From positions 1 to 39,167 of IMG/VR virus record IMGVR_UViG_3300032322_002021: a stretch of 39,167 bases of DNA; one strand, written 5' to 3'. This stretch comes from a virus. Its lineage: Duplodnaviria > Caudoviricetes. A program made the translations under genes and the position numbers. The notes under the pieces are model-generated. The model made no database searches, had not been told where the DNA came from, and saw only the letters and a program-made list of their open reading frames with translations. Positions within the stretch are counted from its first letter, which is position 1. Every line of letters starts with the position of its first letter. Of the stretch, positions 24,676 to 36,575 are shown piece after piece.

Positions 24676-27600
24676 ATGGGATTTGAGTTAGGATCCGTAA
24701 ACAAACAATATAACTCAAGAACGGAAACTTTTAGGTATTCGTTTAAATTGACGCATGAAGGAGACCCAATTTTTCATAAAATTTTTGATGGATCTAGTAC
24801 GTCCTCGGTACTATTTGGATCTGATACTTTTGTAATTAATAATCACTTTTTTGTAACTGGAGAGCCATTATACTATAATGCTGGACCAGGTAATACTGCG
24901 ATAAGCATTAATCCATCAAGTCCTGGCGTTGGAGGAGCAACAACTTTACCACAAAGAGTATTTGCAATAAAAGTAGCAGAAAATAAATTTAAAGTAGCTG
25001 CAGCAGCATCACTTGCTTATGCTGGAAGTGCTATTGATTTGACTTCTGTTGGTATAGGAACAACTCACTCATTCACATCCGAAAAGCAGAATAGTAAATG
25101 TATTATTGCTTTAGATAACATAATTCAATCCCCAATTTATAAACGTATTGGATCTACTTCAACTCTTACTTTTATTAATGGTAGAATTTTACAAGTTTCC
25201 GATATCACTATTTTTAAAAATTATGATCTAATTCAAATCAATGATGAAATCATGAGAATTCAAGTCATTGGATTCAATGGCATTGCAAATGAACTGTTGG
25301 TAGATAGAATGTGGATGGGAACTTCAATGGGAAGTCATTCTATTGGAGATACAGTTCAACTTATATTTGGTGATTATAATATTGTTAAAGATATAATTAC
25401 TTTTGCTGATGTTCCTTTTGGTGGAATAAAATATACTGTAGGATTTTCTTCGGAAAATGTAAATTTAATAAGTAATAGTTTTACAGCACTTTCGGATATT
25501 TTTACGACTGGATCTCAGGTTCTTATAAGAAGTTTAACTCCACCAGCGCCTTTATTACCAAATAATAATTATTTTTTAATCAAAAACACAACAAATAATT
25601 ACTCATTTGCTGCAAATTTAGATAATGCTAATGCAGGAATAGCAATTACTTTAACCAATCCTGGAATAGGAACTCATAATTTAGTTTATGTAGACATTGT
25701 AAATGGAAGTTCTTTTCAGGGGAGATCTTTTATAAGATCGAATTATGATGGAAATATTGTTATTGATGATATTTCTCAAAATTTTACAGGTATTGCAAAA
25801 ACATTTACAATTACTAGTTCTGGAGTAAATACGACTGGTATTACTAGTGATTTTGGTATACTATTGGTTAATAATATTTTTCAAAAACCAGATATAGATT
25901 ATGATTTTATTGGAGGAACATCTACTGGTATTACTTCAATAAGATTTACTGGAAATAGTGATGCTATTGTAGAAGCATATAGTACATCAGATGTAAATGC
26001 CAATAAACTACCAAGAAAAGGTTTAATTGTTTCACTAGGAAATACTGAAGGATATGGATATCAACCACAATATGTCGGAACAGGAACCGCAGTGGTCTCT
26101 GGATTTGGAACAGTCACAGTCGCTCTGGGATACTCTGGCAGTGGATACAGAAACGGTCCAACTACTTATAGAGTTTATGTCGATGGCGGAAATCCTACGG
26201 TTGCAGCTGCTGGAACGTTCACTGTCTTAAATGGTAAAGTTGATGCAATTTATATGAATGCTCCAGGTGTAGGGTACACTTGGACAAATATTCCTAAAAT
26301 TAGATTTGATGCTCCGATCGCATATGATGACATTCAACTCATTAGTTCATCCACTGGTATTGGTGCTTCGGCATCTATTTTAGTTGGATCTGGATTAAGT
26401 ATTACAACATTTCAGATAAACAATATTGGATATGGATTTACTGTTGGTGAACAATTAAGAATTGCTGGAATTCCAACGGTTGTAAGTGTTGGATCTTCCT
26501 TTAGTGAAGCAATTTTTACTGTTAAAGAAACGAGAGATGATGAATTTGCTGGGTGGACAATAGGAAAACTTCAAATCCTTGATGATTTTTCTTCAGAGTT
26601 CAATGGGTCAAAAACTACGTTTACAATAACTGAAAATAGTGCTCCTTTAAGTATCGAAAAATCTATTGGATCTCCAATAGATTTATCTGATGTTTTATTA
26701 ATATTCATCAATGATGTTTTACAAAAACCTGGTGATGCATATACATTTGATGGAGGAACACAAATAACATTTGCCGAACCACCAACTCCAGGATCTTCAT
26801 TGCAAATATTATTTTATAGGGGAACAGATGCTGATATAGATACAGCTACTGCACTAGACACTATTAAAATTGGAGATGGTTTAACCATACTTAAAAATCC
26901 AAATCAAATAACTCCAGTAGAACAAACAGAAAGAATAGTTAGAGCAATTGTTTCTAGAGATACTATTCAAACAAATAACTATAAAGGTCGTGGTATTAGT
27001 CAATCAACTTCTCCTCTTAGACCAGTTATTTTATGTCATCAGCAAGAAGATTTATTTGTAGATGGCATTAAAATAAGTAAATCCAGATCTGAGTATGCTG
27101 CAAGAGTTAAACCAATAACAAGAATTATTAAAAATATTAATACATCTGATAGTATTTTTTATGCTGATGGTGGAAGTTTAATCTTTAGTAAGACTGAAGA
27201 TCCAAATACTACATTATTTGATATTCAAATTATTGATAGTGAAAAAGATAATACTGGATTTGGAACCACAACATTTATACATCCAGTAGAAACAGTAGCA
27301 TCAGTTTCAGTTACTGGCGATGAGGGAATAATTACTGGAATTGGAACTACAAGTGAAGGAATACAGTTTAATTTTTATATACCATTGAACTCACCCTTAA
27401 GAGATGCTCCATTTGGTAATATTTCTGTGACTGGCATTTCAACTGGAGATTACTTTATTGTTTCCAGATCAAATGTTGGCAATGGAGTAACAGCACTATC
27501 ACAAGATAGATTATCAACGGTTGGTCTTGTAACTCAGTATCTAGATGGTGTTTATCAAGTAAGTCATATTAGCCCAGTTGGAACTGGTCTTTCTATGAGA

Positions 27601-27813
27601 GTTCATGTCAATGTTGCAACCAATCATGGATTAAACTTCACTGGTCTTGGATCTGGTGGTGGTAACTTCTATGGAGAATATAGTTGGGCTAAATTTACTT
27701 CATCAAGAATAACTGGTTTAGCATTTACTTGCAATTCTTTAAATGGATTAACTGGTATTTCAACTGCTCCACAAATTATTAGATCTACAAAGTTATCTTT
27801 AGATTACTCATAA
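24676..27813 (+). CDS. virion structural protein (1045 aa, beta-repeat, baseplate-associated)
   Basis: Gly/Ser/Thr-rich; shares NHFF.TGE..YY modules with the gp7-like protein; contains a FINDVLQKP...ITFAEPP module; located in the baseplate operon. Confidence 0.8.
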   Translation: MGFELGSVNKQYNSRTETFRYSFKLTHEGDPIFHKIFDGSSTSSVLFGSDTFVINNHFFVTGEPLYYNAGPGNTAISINPSSPGVGGATTLPQRVFAIKVAENKFKVAAAASLAYAGSAIDLTSVGIGTTHSFTSEKQNSKCIIALDNIIQSPIYKRIGSTSTLTFINGRILQVSDITIFKNYDLIQINDEIMRIQVIGFNGIANELLVDRMWMGTSMGSHSIGDTVQLIFGDYNIVKDIITFADVPFGGIKYTVGFSSENVNLISNSFTALSDIFTTGSQVLIRSLTPPAPLLPNNNYFLIKNTTNNYSFAANLDNANAGIAITLTNPGIGTHNLVYVDIVNGSSFQGRSFIRSNYDGNIVIDDISQNFTGIAKTFTITSSGVNTTGITSDFGILLVNNIFQKPDIDYDFIGGTSTGITSIRFTGNSDAIVEAYSTSDVNANKLPRKGLIVSLGNTEGYGYQPQYVGTGTAVVSGFGTVTVALGYSGSGYRNGPTTYRVYVDGGNPTVAAAGTFTVLNGKVDAIYMNAPGVGYTWTNIPKIRFDAPIAYDDIQLISSSTGIGASASILVGSGLSITTFQINNIGYGFTVGEQLRIAGIPTVVSVGSSFSEAIFTVKETRDDEFAGWTIGKLQILDDFSSEFNGSKTTFTITENSAPLSIEKSIGSPIDLSDVLLIFINDVLQKPGDAYTFDGGTQITFAEPPTPGSSLQILFYRGTDADIDTATALDTIKIGDGLTILKNPNQITPVEQTERIVRAIVSRDTIQTNNYKGRGISQSTSPLRPVILCHQQEDLFVDGIKISKSRSEYAARVKPITRIIKNINTSDSIFYADGGSLIFSKTEDPNTTLFDIQIIDSEKDNTGFGTTTFIHPVETVASVSVTGDEGIITGIGTTSEGIQFNFYIPLNSPLRDAPFGNISVTGISTGDYFIVSRSNVGNGVTALSQDRLSTVGLVTQYLDGVYQVSHISPVGTGLSMRVHVNVATNHGLNFTGLGSGGGNFYGEYSWAKFTSSRITGLAFTCNSLNGLTGISTAPQIIRSTKLSLDYS

Positions 27814-27816
27814 ATA
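27810..27816 (+). promoter_or_regulatory. T4-type late promoter ATAAATA
   Basis: Overlaps the upstream stop; 21 nt before the gp8 ATG. Confidence 0.65.
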
Positions 27817-27837
27817 AAACAAAAAGTTTAGAAAATA

Positions 27838-29376
27838 ATGCCCGCGATCATTACTGATCAGATCAGAGTATTGAATGCATCCAATTTTGTCAGTGGTATT
27901 TCAACCTCGGATAATAGCTATTATGTGTTTATTGGTCTTCCAAATGCAACCGAAGTAACTGCAGATTGGAATACTAATACACCATACCCAATTGATAGTT
28001 TTGATCAATATAGCGATATATACGATACTCTAATTTCTGCTAAAAAAATTACATCAAATGATGTATTAAAAGTTATTAGAAAAAATTCTTGGACATCTGG
28101 TACAATCTACGAGATGTATCGGCATGATTATTCTATCAATAAAACTTCTCCACAAACTAATGCAACTAGTTTGTATAGAGCAAACTTTTACGTAATGAAC
28201 TCCGATTATAGGATTTATGAATGCATTTATAATGGTGCTGCTCCTTCAAACACTGGTAAAGGTATTATTTCTCTTGAAGAGCCCACGCATACAGATCTTC
28301 AACCAAGATTAGAAAGTGATGGATATATTTGGAAATATTTGTTTACAATTAAACCGAGTGATATTGTTAAATTTGATAGTGTTGAATATATTCCAGTTCC
28401 TGCAAATTGGAAAACTAATTTAGATGTGGCAGATGTAAGAAACGCTGCTATCGATGGAAAAATTGAAGTTGTTGTAATTGAAAGTATTTCTTCTGCATCT
28501 TATCAATATAGTGGTGTAAAAAATAATGTTCCTATTAAAGGTGATGGTAGAGATGGTCTAGCATCGGTTACATTTGTTGATGGAAAACCAACATCAGTAA
28601 CAGTAACAAATGGAGGAAATGATTACACCTTTGCAACTCTAGATCTTGATAGTGTTGTAACTGGATCTGGAGCAAGTTTTTCTGTGATTATTCCTCCTCC
28701 AGGTGGACATGGTGCAGATATTGATAAAGAACTTGGAGCAAATAGAGTTCTAATTTATTCTAGAATTGAAAATAGTGATATAACAAATCCAGATTTTCCA
28801 GTTGGTAATCAATTTGCAAGAATTGGTGTAATTAAAAACCCTCAAATTAACGGAACTTCAAATCTTCTAACTGCATCATCTGCTTCTGGTATCTATGGAC
28901 TACGTTTAATTGGTGCTGCTACAACAACAATGAATGTGTCAATTGATGGGCAAGTTAGACAAACTATTGGCGTTGGATCAACTGCTGTTGGAAAAATTAT
29001 TTCATACGATCCAATTACAAAAATTCTCAGGTACTGGCAGGATAGAGATTTAGCAACAGATAGTTCTACAGGTTCAAAACCAACTTACGGATACCGTCTA
29101 AATAAGTTTACAAGTTCTCCAGGAACAGGAGGAAGTGTCAATGTAGTTGTAACAACAACAACTGGCACTGAAACTGTAGGAATTGAAACGACATTTACTG
29201 GAGTTTCAACAACAGTAAACTCAAGAACTTATTACTTTGGACAAACCTTCAATAATGGTATTGCGCAACCAGAAATTAAAAAATACTCTGGAGAAATTAT
29301 TTACGTTGATAATCGACCAGAAGTAACAAGGGCTGCAAACCAAAGAGAAGATATTAAAATTGTTTTAGAATTCTGA
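27838..29376 (+). CDS. gp8: baseplate wedge subunit gp8
   Basis: YYVFIG...FYVMNSDYRIYECIYN...DGYIWKYLFTI...PPGGHG...YSGEIIYVDNR...QREDIKIVLEF. Confidence 0.93.
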   Translation: MPAIITDQIRVLNASNFVSGISTSDNSYYVFIGLPNATEVTADWNTNTPYPIDSFDQYSDIYDTLISAKKITSNDVLKVIRKNSWTSGTIYEMYRHDYSINKTSPQTNATSLYRANFYVMNSDYRIYECIYNGAAPSNTGKGIISLEEPTHTDLQPRLESDGYIWKYLFTIKPSDIVKFDSVEYIPVPANWKTNLDVADVRNAAIDGKIEVVVIESISSASYQYSGVKNNVPIKGDGRDGLASVTFVDGKPTSVTVTNGGNDYTFATLDLDSVVTGSGASFSVIIPPPGGHGADIDKELGANRVLIYSRIENSDITNPDFPVGNQFARIGVIKNPQINGTSNLLTASSASGIYGLRLIGAATTTMNVSIDGQVRQTIGVGSTAVGKIISYDPITKILRYWQDRDLATDSSTGSKPTYGYRLNKFTSSPGTGGSVNVVVTTTTGTETVGIETTFTGVSTTVNSRTYYFGQTFNNGIAQPEIKKYSGEIIYVDNRPEVTRAANQREDIKIVLEF

Positions 29377-29380
29377 TCCG

Positions 29381-32300
29381 ATGCCACAAAACATTAATCT
29401 CAACACCAATCCATATTATGATGATTTTGATCAACAAAAAAATTATAATAGAGTTCTTTTTAAGCCTGGTGTTCCAGTTCAAGCAAGAGAATTAACAACT
29501 TTACAGTCAATTCTTCAAGACCAAATCGAAAAATTTGGTAAACATTTTTTTAAAGAAGGATCTGTTGTAATTCCAGGTTCTATTGCATACGATAACGAAT
29601 ACTATGCAGTAAAATTAGAACCAACTTTTTTTGGCGTATCGGTAGAAACATACTACGATCAATTAATTGGATTACCTATTCAAGGTAAAACTTCTGGAAT
29701 TACTGCTGTAGTTAAGAAAGTTTTATCTAAAAATCAATCCATAGAAGAAACTATAACTCTTTATGTAAAGTATCAAAATTCTTCAAGTCAAGATTATAGT
29801 ACAAATCAATTTCTTGATGGTGAAAATTTGATAACACTTTCGGACTTTACTTATGGGTCCACAACAATTGCTGCTGGATCAGATTTTGCAACATGCATTC
29901 TTTCTAATGCTACTGCAACTGGATCTTCATTTTCAGTATCTGAAGGTGTGTTTTTTGCAAGGGGAGCATTTGTTGCAGTAGATAATGAGACAATTATTCT
30001 TGATCAATACTCAAATACACCTTCATATAGAGTTGGATTTTTTGTAAACGAAGAAATTATTAGTGCTATTGATGATCCAACGCTTTATGATAATGCTCAA
30101 GGATATTCAAATTATACCGCACCTGGAGCAGACAGATTAAAAATTAGTTTATCTTTGATTAAAAAGGATTTAGAAGACTATCAAGATGAAAATTTCATTG
30201 AATTGTTTAGAGTAAATAATGGTGAAGTTAGAAAAATTATTAAAAAAACAGTTTATAGTGAGATCGCTAAAGAACTAGCAAGAAGAACTTATGATGAGAG
30301 TGGGGATTATCATATTAGTCAGTTTGATGTTCAAGCAAAAGAAAGTTTGAATGACAGACATTCAACTTTTGGCATATTTTTTCCAGAAGAGAATACAGAT
30401 CAAGGAAACAAACCATCTAAAGACTTGCTTGAAATTCAAGTTGGTCCAGGAAAAGCATACGTAAAAGGATATGAAGTAGAGATTACTGGAACAACTTTCT
30501 TAGATGTAGAAAAACCAAGAGAAACTACATCCGTTTTAGGAGCAGGAATTCCATTTCAGGCAGGTAATCTTTTACGTGTAAATAATGTTTATGGTGGTGC
30601 TAGTGTTGGGTTAGCTACTACAGGATACGTAGATCTTCGCAGCCATAGACTGGGATCGAATAAGGCTTCTGTAGCGGGACAAAGTGTTGGTAGAGCAAGA
30701 GTTTATGATTACAAATGCACAAACACAGAGTATGTAAATAATGCATCGCAATTTGATTTGTATCTATACGATGTTCAAACTGATACAGAAATTACTTTAA
30801 ATCAAGCGTTATCAGTTAGTGCTCCTGCATTAATTGAAGGTAAAAATTCTGGTGCAAAAGGATATTTAAGATCTATTTCTGGAAGCATTTTAACACTTCA
30901 TCAAACTTCAGGAAATTTCATTATAGATGAAGCAATTCTTGTCAATGGAATTGAAAATGGAAGAATAATTACTAAAGTTTTAGAATTTGATATTACTGAT
31001 GTTAAATCTGTAAGATCTGAAGTTGGTGTTACGACATTTAGCGCAGATACAGTTTTAGAACCAAAAATTAATTTTGGTGCAAAACCATTTACAATTACAC
31101 CTGGATCTGGTGGAATTTCTACTGTTACAAGTTCTACTAGTGGTTGGACAATAGGAATTAAAACTGGAGATGTTGTTTCATATGCTAGAACCGATACACA
31201 AGGAACAATTTATAATCGTGTAAAAACTATTGCATTAACAGGTCAAAGTATGACTGTTGAGGCGGTTACAACGGTTTCTAATGTTGCCACTGGATCATTA
31301 CCAGTTTCTCCAGTCAATGTTTCAGGATTTTTAGTTGTTGCACCAAAAATTAGAAATTCAAACTCTGGTTTCATGTACGCAGAGTTTCCAAACAAAAATA
31401 TTGAAAGTGTAGATTTAACAACTTCAGATATTTTCATTAGAAAAGAATATAGAGATAGAAGTTCATCTTCTTTGGGAGCACTTGATCTTCCATCGTTAGC
31501 AGGAACTGATTTCGTTTACACTCCATTTGATGAAGAAAGATATTCAATCTTTTATATGGATGGAACGATTGAACCATTAACTTCAGATCAATTCCAATTG
31601 ACAAATGGTGGAAAGGGTGCGACAATTTCTGGTCTATCAAAAACAAACCAAACTGGAATTATTGTTGTAACAACTCAACAAAAATCAAAAGTTACGTCAA
31701 AAAACAAAATTTTAAATAGAGCAGCATCAGTTACAGTTTCAGGATCAAAATACAACTATTCTGGCATTTCAACTGGTGTTTCTGATGGTTTAACCTACAA
31801 TACTGCATATGGAAAACGTGTTCAAGATAAAGAAATTTCTCTTGATGTTGCAGATGTTGTAAATGTTCATGCAGCATTTCAATCAACAACAAATAGTGCT
31901 CCTATTATTCCAAGTTTAATATTATCATCACTTAATGGTCCAAATAGTACAAATTTGGATTTGATTGTTGGTGAGATTTTAGTTGGTAATATTTCTGGTG
32001 CGTCTGCAATGATCCTCGAAAAAACGGGAACTAATCAGATATATTATATTACAAAAAATAATCAAAATTTCATAGAGACAGAACAAGTCACCTTCCAAGA
32101 AAGTGGAGTAACTGGAAATATTTCTCAAATTAATCTAGGTGATCCAAATATCTTAGATAACTTTAATTTTGACACAGGTCAAAGACTTGAATACTATGAT
32201 TTTGGTAGACTAATTAGAAAAACAGGATCACAAGAACCATCAAGACGACTAAAAATTTATTTTGATCATTTCACAATCAATTCTAGTGATAATGGTGAAA

Positions 32301-35300
32301 TTATTACAACAAATAGTTACTCAGATTATGATCAAAACGTCCCAAGTTTTAACAATATTAGAAACACGGATGTTATTGATTTTAGACCAAGAGTAGCAAA
32401 CTACAGTGGAACATTATCGCCATTTGAATTTTCATCGAGAAATTTTGGTGGATCTGGGCAGACTGTTCCAAATGTTATTGTATCTGATGAAAATATTGTT
32501 TTAGATTACAATTTCTATACTGGAAGAATTGATAGATTATTCTTAAATCAAGATAGTACATTTACTATTACTAAAGGAGTTCCTTCAGAACGTCCTGTTT
32601 TACCAGAAGCAATTAATAGTTCATTTGAATTAGCTACAATTACTTATAAACCATATGTTTATAACGTAGATACTGATGTAACAGTCAACTTCAAATCGAA
32701 CAAGCGTTATACAATGCTTGATATTGGAAAACTTGAAGATAGAATTGCTGGATTAGAGTACTATACAAGTTTATCTTTACTTGAGGCAAAAACATCTAGT
32801 CTAATTATTCAAGATCCAGAAACAGGTCTTGATAGATTTAAATCTGGATTTGTTGTTGATAACTTTAGTACATTTGATGTTGCAGATAAAACTATTCCTT
32901 CACTAAAATATGATATTAGAAATAATGAAATGGTTGCAAGATCATATTATGATAGTATTGATCTTTTAGTTGGATCTGAAGTTCTTATTGGAACAAATGG
33001 ATCTCCAGATTTAAGTGTTGATGTAAGATATGCAAATGATCTTGGATCAACAAATATTAAAAAATCAAAAAATATTGTAACTTTAAACTATTCTGAGGTA
33101 GAGCATTTTAAACAACCATTTGCAAGTAGACTAGTCAACATTAATCCATTTGATGTTATTACTTGGCGTGGTAGAATGAGTTTAAATCCAACTAAAGACG
33201 TTTGGATCGAAAGAGAATATAAAACAATTGATGGTGGATTTGGAACAACAGAAGTTATTACAACCTCAACTGCAATTCCAAATCTTAGAGCACAAAATAT
33301 TGAATTTAAGGCTTCAAGATTAAAACCATCAACTAAGTTCTTTAGTTTCTTCTCAAGAACAGATATGTCTGATAATAGAACATTAACTGTTCCTAAACTA
33401 TTAGAAGTAACTCCAGTTCAAGGATCATTCCAAGTTGGAGAAACTGTTGTTGGAAGAATATTATCAAACCAAAACACCACAGCAAATCCAGAAGTTAGAT
33501 TTAGACTTGCACAAGCAAATCATAAAGATGGTCCATACAACTCACCAACTGCAGTTTATACAAACAATCCATATTCAAATGTTGGATTAAGTTCCTCCTA
33601 TAGCGATACTACAGAAGTATTGAATATTGACACATCAGCATTAAATCAAAAATCAGATGAAAGATTTTTTGGATACGTTGCTCAAGGAATGAGACTTGTT
33701 GGTGAGACAAGTAATGCAGAGGCGCTTGTAAAAGAAGTTCGTTTGATTAGTGACATAAATGGTACATTAATTGGAAGTATTAATATTCCAAATAAAGATC
33801 CAAAATTTAGTAACGGAACAAATACGGTTGAAGTTTCTGCAGAAAAAACTCCATCAAATATTTCTGGAGTTGTTGTAAGTGGAGCAGACGCAAATTTCTT
33901 CTCACAAGGAACTTTAGAAACTCAAACAACTATTATTCGTCGCCCACCACCAAGACCAGCAGATCCATTAGCTCAATCATTTATTGTAGAAGAAGATCCT
34001 GGAATTTTTTATACTTCAGTTGATCTGTATTTTGCAACAAAGAGCTCTACAATTCCTGTAGAACTTAGAATTGTTACTGTCGAAAATGGAATTCCTACAG
34101 GAAATATTATTGATGGATCTTCTGTTATAAAATTTCCCCAAGAAATTACAACATCATCTACAGGATTATTACCAACAACATTTACTTTTGATGCTCCAGT
34201 ATACTTACAAAGGGGAGAATATGCATTTGTAATTCTCTCAGATACTGATGCATACAACGTTTGGATTTCCCGTGTTGGAGAAGAAGATATTTCTACTACA
34301 AATCTACCAGAAATTCAAAAAATTATTATTAATAAACAACCATCCTTAGGATCCTTATTTAAGTCTCAAAATGCTTCTACTTGGGAACCATCACAACTTG
34401 AAGATTTAAAGTATGTCGCACGTAAAGCAAAATTTACTAAAGAAAAAGGCACATTTAAATTTTATAATCCAGAATTGAGAACTTATAATTCTAGAAATAT
34501 TTTACAAACAAATCCAATTGAAGTTTTTGCAAAAAAAGTAACCCTCGGATTATCTTCTGCAATTACATCTCCACATGTAGTAGTTGGATCAAAAATTCTC
34601 CAAGATAATACTACTGCTGCTGGATTTGTTGAAGATTTACGTGGATCTATTGGATTATATGATACTGGTTTGAATATTACCAACGTTGGAATTGGTTACT
34701 CTAATGGTACATTTCAAAATGTAAACTTTACTGCTCTTACTGGATCTGGTACAGGTGCTGTAGGTATCATTACTGTTAGTGGTGGATCAATTGCTAATGT
34801 ATGTGTAACTTCTAGTGGTCGTGGATATGCAGTTGGAGACACTTTAACTGCTATTCTTGGAAGTAATACATTAGGTCAGAATTTAACATTTACTGTTGGT
34901 GTTGTTACTTCAATAAACACAATTATTCTAACTAATGTAACTGGTCAAAATTTTAATACGTCAGATCAAATTCAATATGTTCCAACAGAAGGTGCTGGTG
35001 TGGGTGTAGGATCAACTTTATTTTCAATTGTTCCTTCTATCCCTACAATTAATACTGATCAATATGATGGAACTTATTTTAAAGTAAATCATAAAGATCA
35101 TGGGATGTACGCTGATAACAATATCGTTACAATTACTGGTATAAGTGGTGATACCGTTCCAACAACAATTCAAGTTGGATATGCAGTAAGTTCTATTGAA
35201 AACATTAGTGTTGCAAGTAGCACTAACTTTAATATTTTTGAAGGATCTCAAGTTTCAGCAATAAACCCAGGATTTGCTTTAATTGGTGATGAAATTATTG

Positions 35301-36364
35301 CTTATACTGGTGTAGGAAATAATATTCTTACTGGAATTACAACTAGAGGTATTGATGGAACAATTCCAAGATCATATGATGCCAATACTCCAATTCAAAA
35401 ATATGAATTTGCTGGAGTTTCTTTAAGGGCAATTAACAAGACACACAATCTTATCAATTCTTCTAGTGTAATTCAAGATAAAGTAACCTTAGATTCTTAT
35501 CATGTAAGAATTTCAGGATCTTCGGTATTTAATTCAAATAAAATTGGTGGTGGATCAAATGCCAAAGCAACCAAGAATATTCAGTTTGAGAGTATTGTTC
35601 CTCACATTGATTATAATTTGCCCAATGGAACAAATATTAATGCTCAAGTGAGAACTGTATCTGGAACTAGTATAGATGGAACAGAGATTTCATTCCAAGA
35701 TAAAGGTTATGAACCAGTTTCATTAACAAATGAAACTGCATTTAAAGAACCAAGATTAATTGCTTCTAGACCAAACGAAGAGGCAAAACTTCTTTCTCTT
35801 CCTGGTACTAAATCATTCACTTTTGAGTTGGAATTAAGCACATCAAATGAAAATGTTTCACCAAGTATCAATGCATTTGAAAGTTTTGTTACTACGCAAT
35901 CAAATAGAATAAACAGTCCAATTACAGATTATGCAACTGATAGAAGGGTAAATCTTCTTATAGAAGATCCTCATGATTTATCGTACCTAACGAAAGTAAT
36001 TAATCTAGAAACTCCTGCGACATCGCTTCAAATTATTCTTGATGCTTATAGACCAGCACCTGCAGATATTAGAGTTTTATATAGATTATTCAGAATTGAT
36101 GGATCTGAAATTGATAAAGTATTTGAGCTTTTCCCTGGATATGATAATCTTGATGCTAATCAACAAGTTATTAGTTTTAAAAATAATAGTGGAAGATCTG
36201 ATAAAAATATTTCATCAAGTCTTGATAATCAGTTTATTGAATATTCTTGGAGTGTAAATAATCTTCCACAATTCAGTGCTTATCAAATAAAGATTGAATG
36301 CACATCAACAAATCAAGCACAGTCACCAAAAATTAAAAACTTTAGAGCAATAGCTTTGGCATGA
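29381..36364 (+). CDS. VrlC-like (DUF4815-type) large virion structural protein (2327 aa)
   Basis: NPYYDDFD...RVLFKPG.PVQARELTTLQSILQ.Q, APGADRLKI, ARRTYDESGDY, RFKSGFVVDNF, DPLAQSF, GSLFKSQNASTW; ends FRAIALA. Confidence 0.85.
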   Translation: MPQNINLNTNPYYDDFDQQKNYNRVLFKPGVPVQARELTTLQSILQDQIEKFGKHFFKEGSVVIPGSIAYDNEYYAVKLEPTFFGVSVETYYDQLIGLPIQGKTSGITAVVKKVLSKNQSIEETITLYVKYQNSSSQDYSTNQFLDGENLITLSDFTYGSTTIAAGSDFATCILSNATATGSSFSVSEGVFFARGAFVAVDNETIILDQYSNTPSYRVGFFVNEEIISAIDDPTLYDNAQGYSNYTAPGADRLKISLSLIKKDLEDYQDENFIELFRVNNGEVRKIIKKTVYSEIAKELARRTYDESGDYHISQFDVQAKESLNDRHSTFGIFFPEENTDQGNKPSKDLLEIQVGPGKAYVKGYEVEITGTTFLDVEKPRETTSVLGAGIPFQAGNLLRVNNVYGGASVGLATTGYVDLRSHRLGSNKASVAGQSVGRARVYDYKCTNTEYVNNASQFDLYLYDVQTDTEITLNQALSVSAPALIEGKNSGAKGYLRSISGSILTLHQTSGNFIIDEAILVNGIENGRIITKVLEFDITDVKSVRSEVGVTTFSADTVLEPKINFGAKPFTITPGSGGISTVTSSTSGWTIGIKTGDVVSYARTDTQGTIYNRVKTIALTGQSMTVEAVTTVSNVATGSLPVSPVNVSGFLVVAPKIRNSNSGFMYAEFPNKNIESVDLTTSDIFIRKEYRDRSSSSLGALDLPSLAGTDFVYTPFDEERYSIFYMDGTIEPLTSDQFQLTNGGKGATISGLSKTNQTGIIVVTTQQKSKVTSKNKILNRAASVTVSGSKYNYSGISTGVSDGLTYNTAYGKRVQDKEISLDVADVVNVHAAFQSTTNSAPIIPSLILSSLNGPNSTNLDLIVGEILVGNISGASAMILEKTGTNQIYYITKNNQNFIETEQVTFQESGVTGNISQINLGDPNILDNFNFDTGQRLEYYDFGRLIRKTGSQEPSRRLKIYFDHFTINSSDNGEIITTNSYSDYDQNVPSFNNIRNTDVIDFRPRVANYSGTLSPFEFSSRNFGGSGQTVPNVIVSDENIVLDYNFYTGRIDRLFLNQDSTFTITKGVPSERPVLPEAINSSFELATITYKPYVYNVDTDVTVNFKSNKRYTMLDIGKLEDRIAGLEYYTSLSLLEAKTSSLIIQDPETGLDRFKSGFVVDNFSTFDVADKTIPSLKYDIRNNEMVARSYYDSIDLLVGSEVLIGTNGSPDLSVDVRYANDLGSTNIKKSKNIVTLNYSEVEHFKQPFASRLVNINPFDVITWRGRMSLNPTKDVWIEREYKTIDGGFGTTEVITTSTAIPNLRAQNIEFKASRLKPSTKFFSFFSRTDMSDNRTLTVPKLLEVTPVQGSFQVGETVVGRILSNQNTTANPEVRFRLAQANHKDGPYNSPTAVYTNNPYSNVGLSSSYSDTTEVLNIDTSALNQKSDERFFGYVAQGMRLVGETSNAEALVKEVRLISDINGTLIGSINIPNKDPKFSNGTNTVEVSAEKTPSNISGVVVSGADANFFSQGTLETQTTIIRRPPPRPADPLAQSFIVEEDPGIFYTSVDLYFATKSSTIPVELRIVTVENGIPTGNIIDGSSVIKFPQEITTSSTGLLPTTFTFDAPVYLQRGEYAFVILSDTDAYNVWISRVGEEDISTTNLPEIQKIIINKQPSLGSLFKSQNASTWEPSQLEDLKYVARKAKFTKEKGTFKFYNPELRTYNSRNILQTNPIEVFAKKVTLGLSSAITSPHVVVGSKILQDNTTAAGFVEDLRGSIGLYDTGLNITNVGIGYSNGTFQNVNFTALTGSGTGAVGIITVSGGSIANVCVTSSGRGYAVGDTLTAILGSNTLGQNLTFTVGVVTSINTIILTNVTGQNFNTSDQIQYVPTEGAGVGVGSTLFSIVPSIPTINTDQYDGTYFKVNHKDHGMYADNNIVTITGISGDTVPTTIQVGYAVSSIENISVASSTNFNIFEGSQVSAINPGFALIGDEIIAYTGVGNNILTGITTRGIDGTIPRSYDANTPIQKYEFAGVSLRAINKTHNLINSSSVIQDKVTLDSYHVRISGSSVFNSNKIGGGSNAKATKNIQFESIVPHIDYNLPNGTNINAQVRTVSGTSIDGTEISFQDKGYEPVSLTNETAFKEPRLIASRPNEEAKLLSLPGTKSFTFELELSTSNENVSPSINAFESFVTTQSNRINSPITDYATDRRVNLLIEDPHDLSYLTKVINLETPATSLQIILDAYRPAPADIRVLYRLFRIDGSEIDKVFELFPGYDNLDANQQVISFKNNSGRSDKNISSSLDNQFIEYSWSVNNLPQFSAYQIKIECTSTNQAQSPKIKNFRAIALA

Positions 36365-36555
36365 TAAAAAGAGCAAAAGTAGAAGATCATTCAAATCTAG
36401 AAAGAGATTTACACACACAAGCAATTATAAACACAGATTTAGTTGCTTATGAAAAGTATATAAATGAAAGAAATACACGTTTAAGGTATGAAAGTGAACT
36501 TAGAGAATTGAGATCTGAGATTGAAGTTTTAAAAGCGTTACTACTCAATAAATAA
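36361..36555 (+). CDS. small coiled-coil protein (64 aa)
   Basis: ATGA overlap; KVEDHSNLERD..T.AIIN followed by a heptad-like C-terminus. Confidence 0.8.
   Translation: MIKRAKVEDHSNLERDLHTQAIINTDLVAYEKYINERNTRLRYESELRELRSEIEVLKALLLNK
36548..36554 (+). promoter_or_regulatory. T4-type late promoter ATAAATA
   Basis: 21 nt upstream of ATG 36576; SD GAGGT also present. Confidence 0.6.
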
Positions 36556-36575
36556 TTTTAGTGTAGAGGTAACGA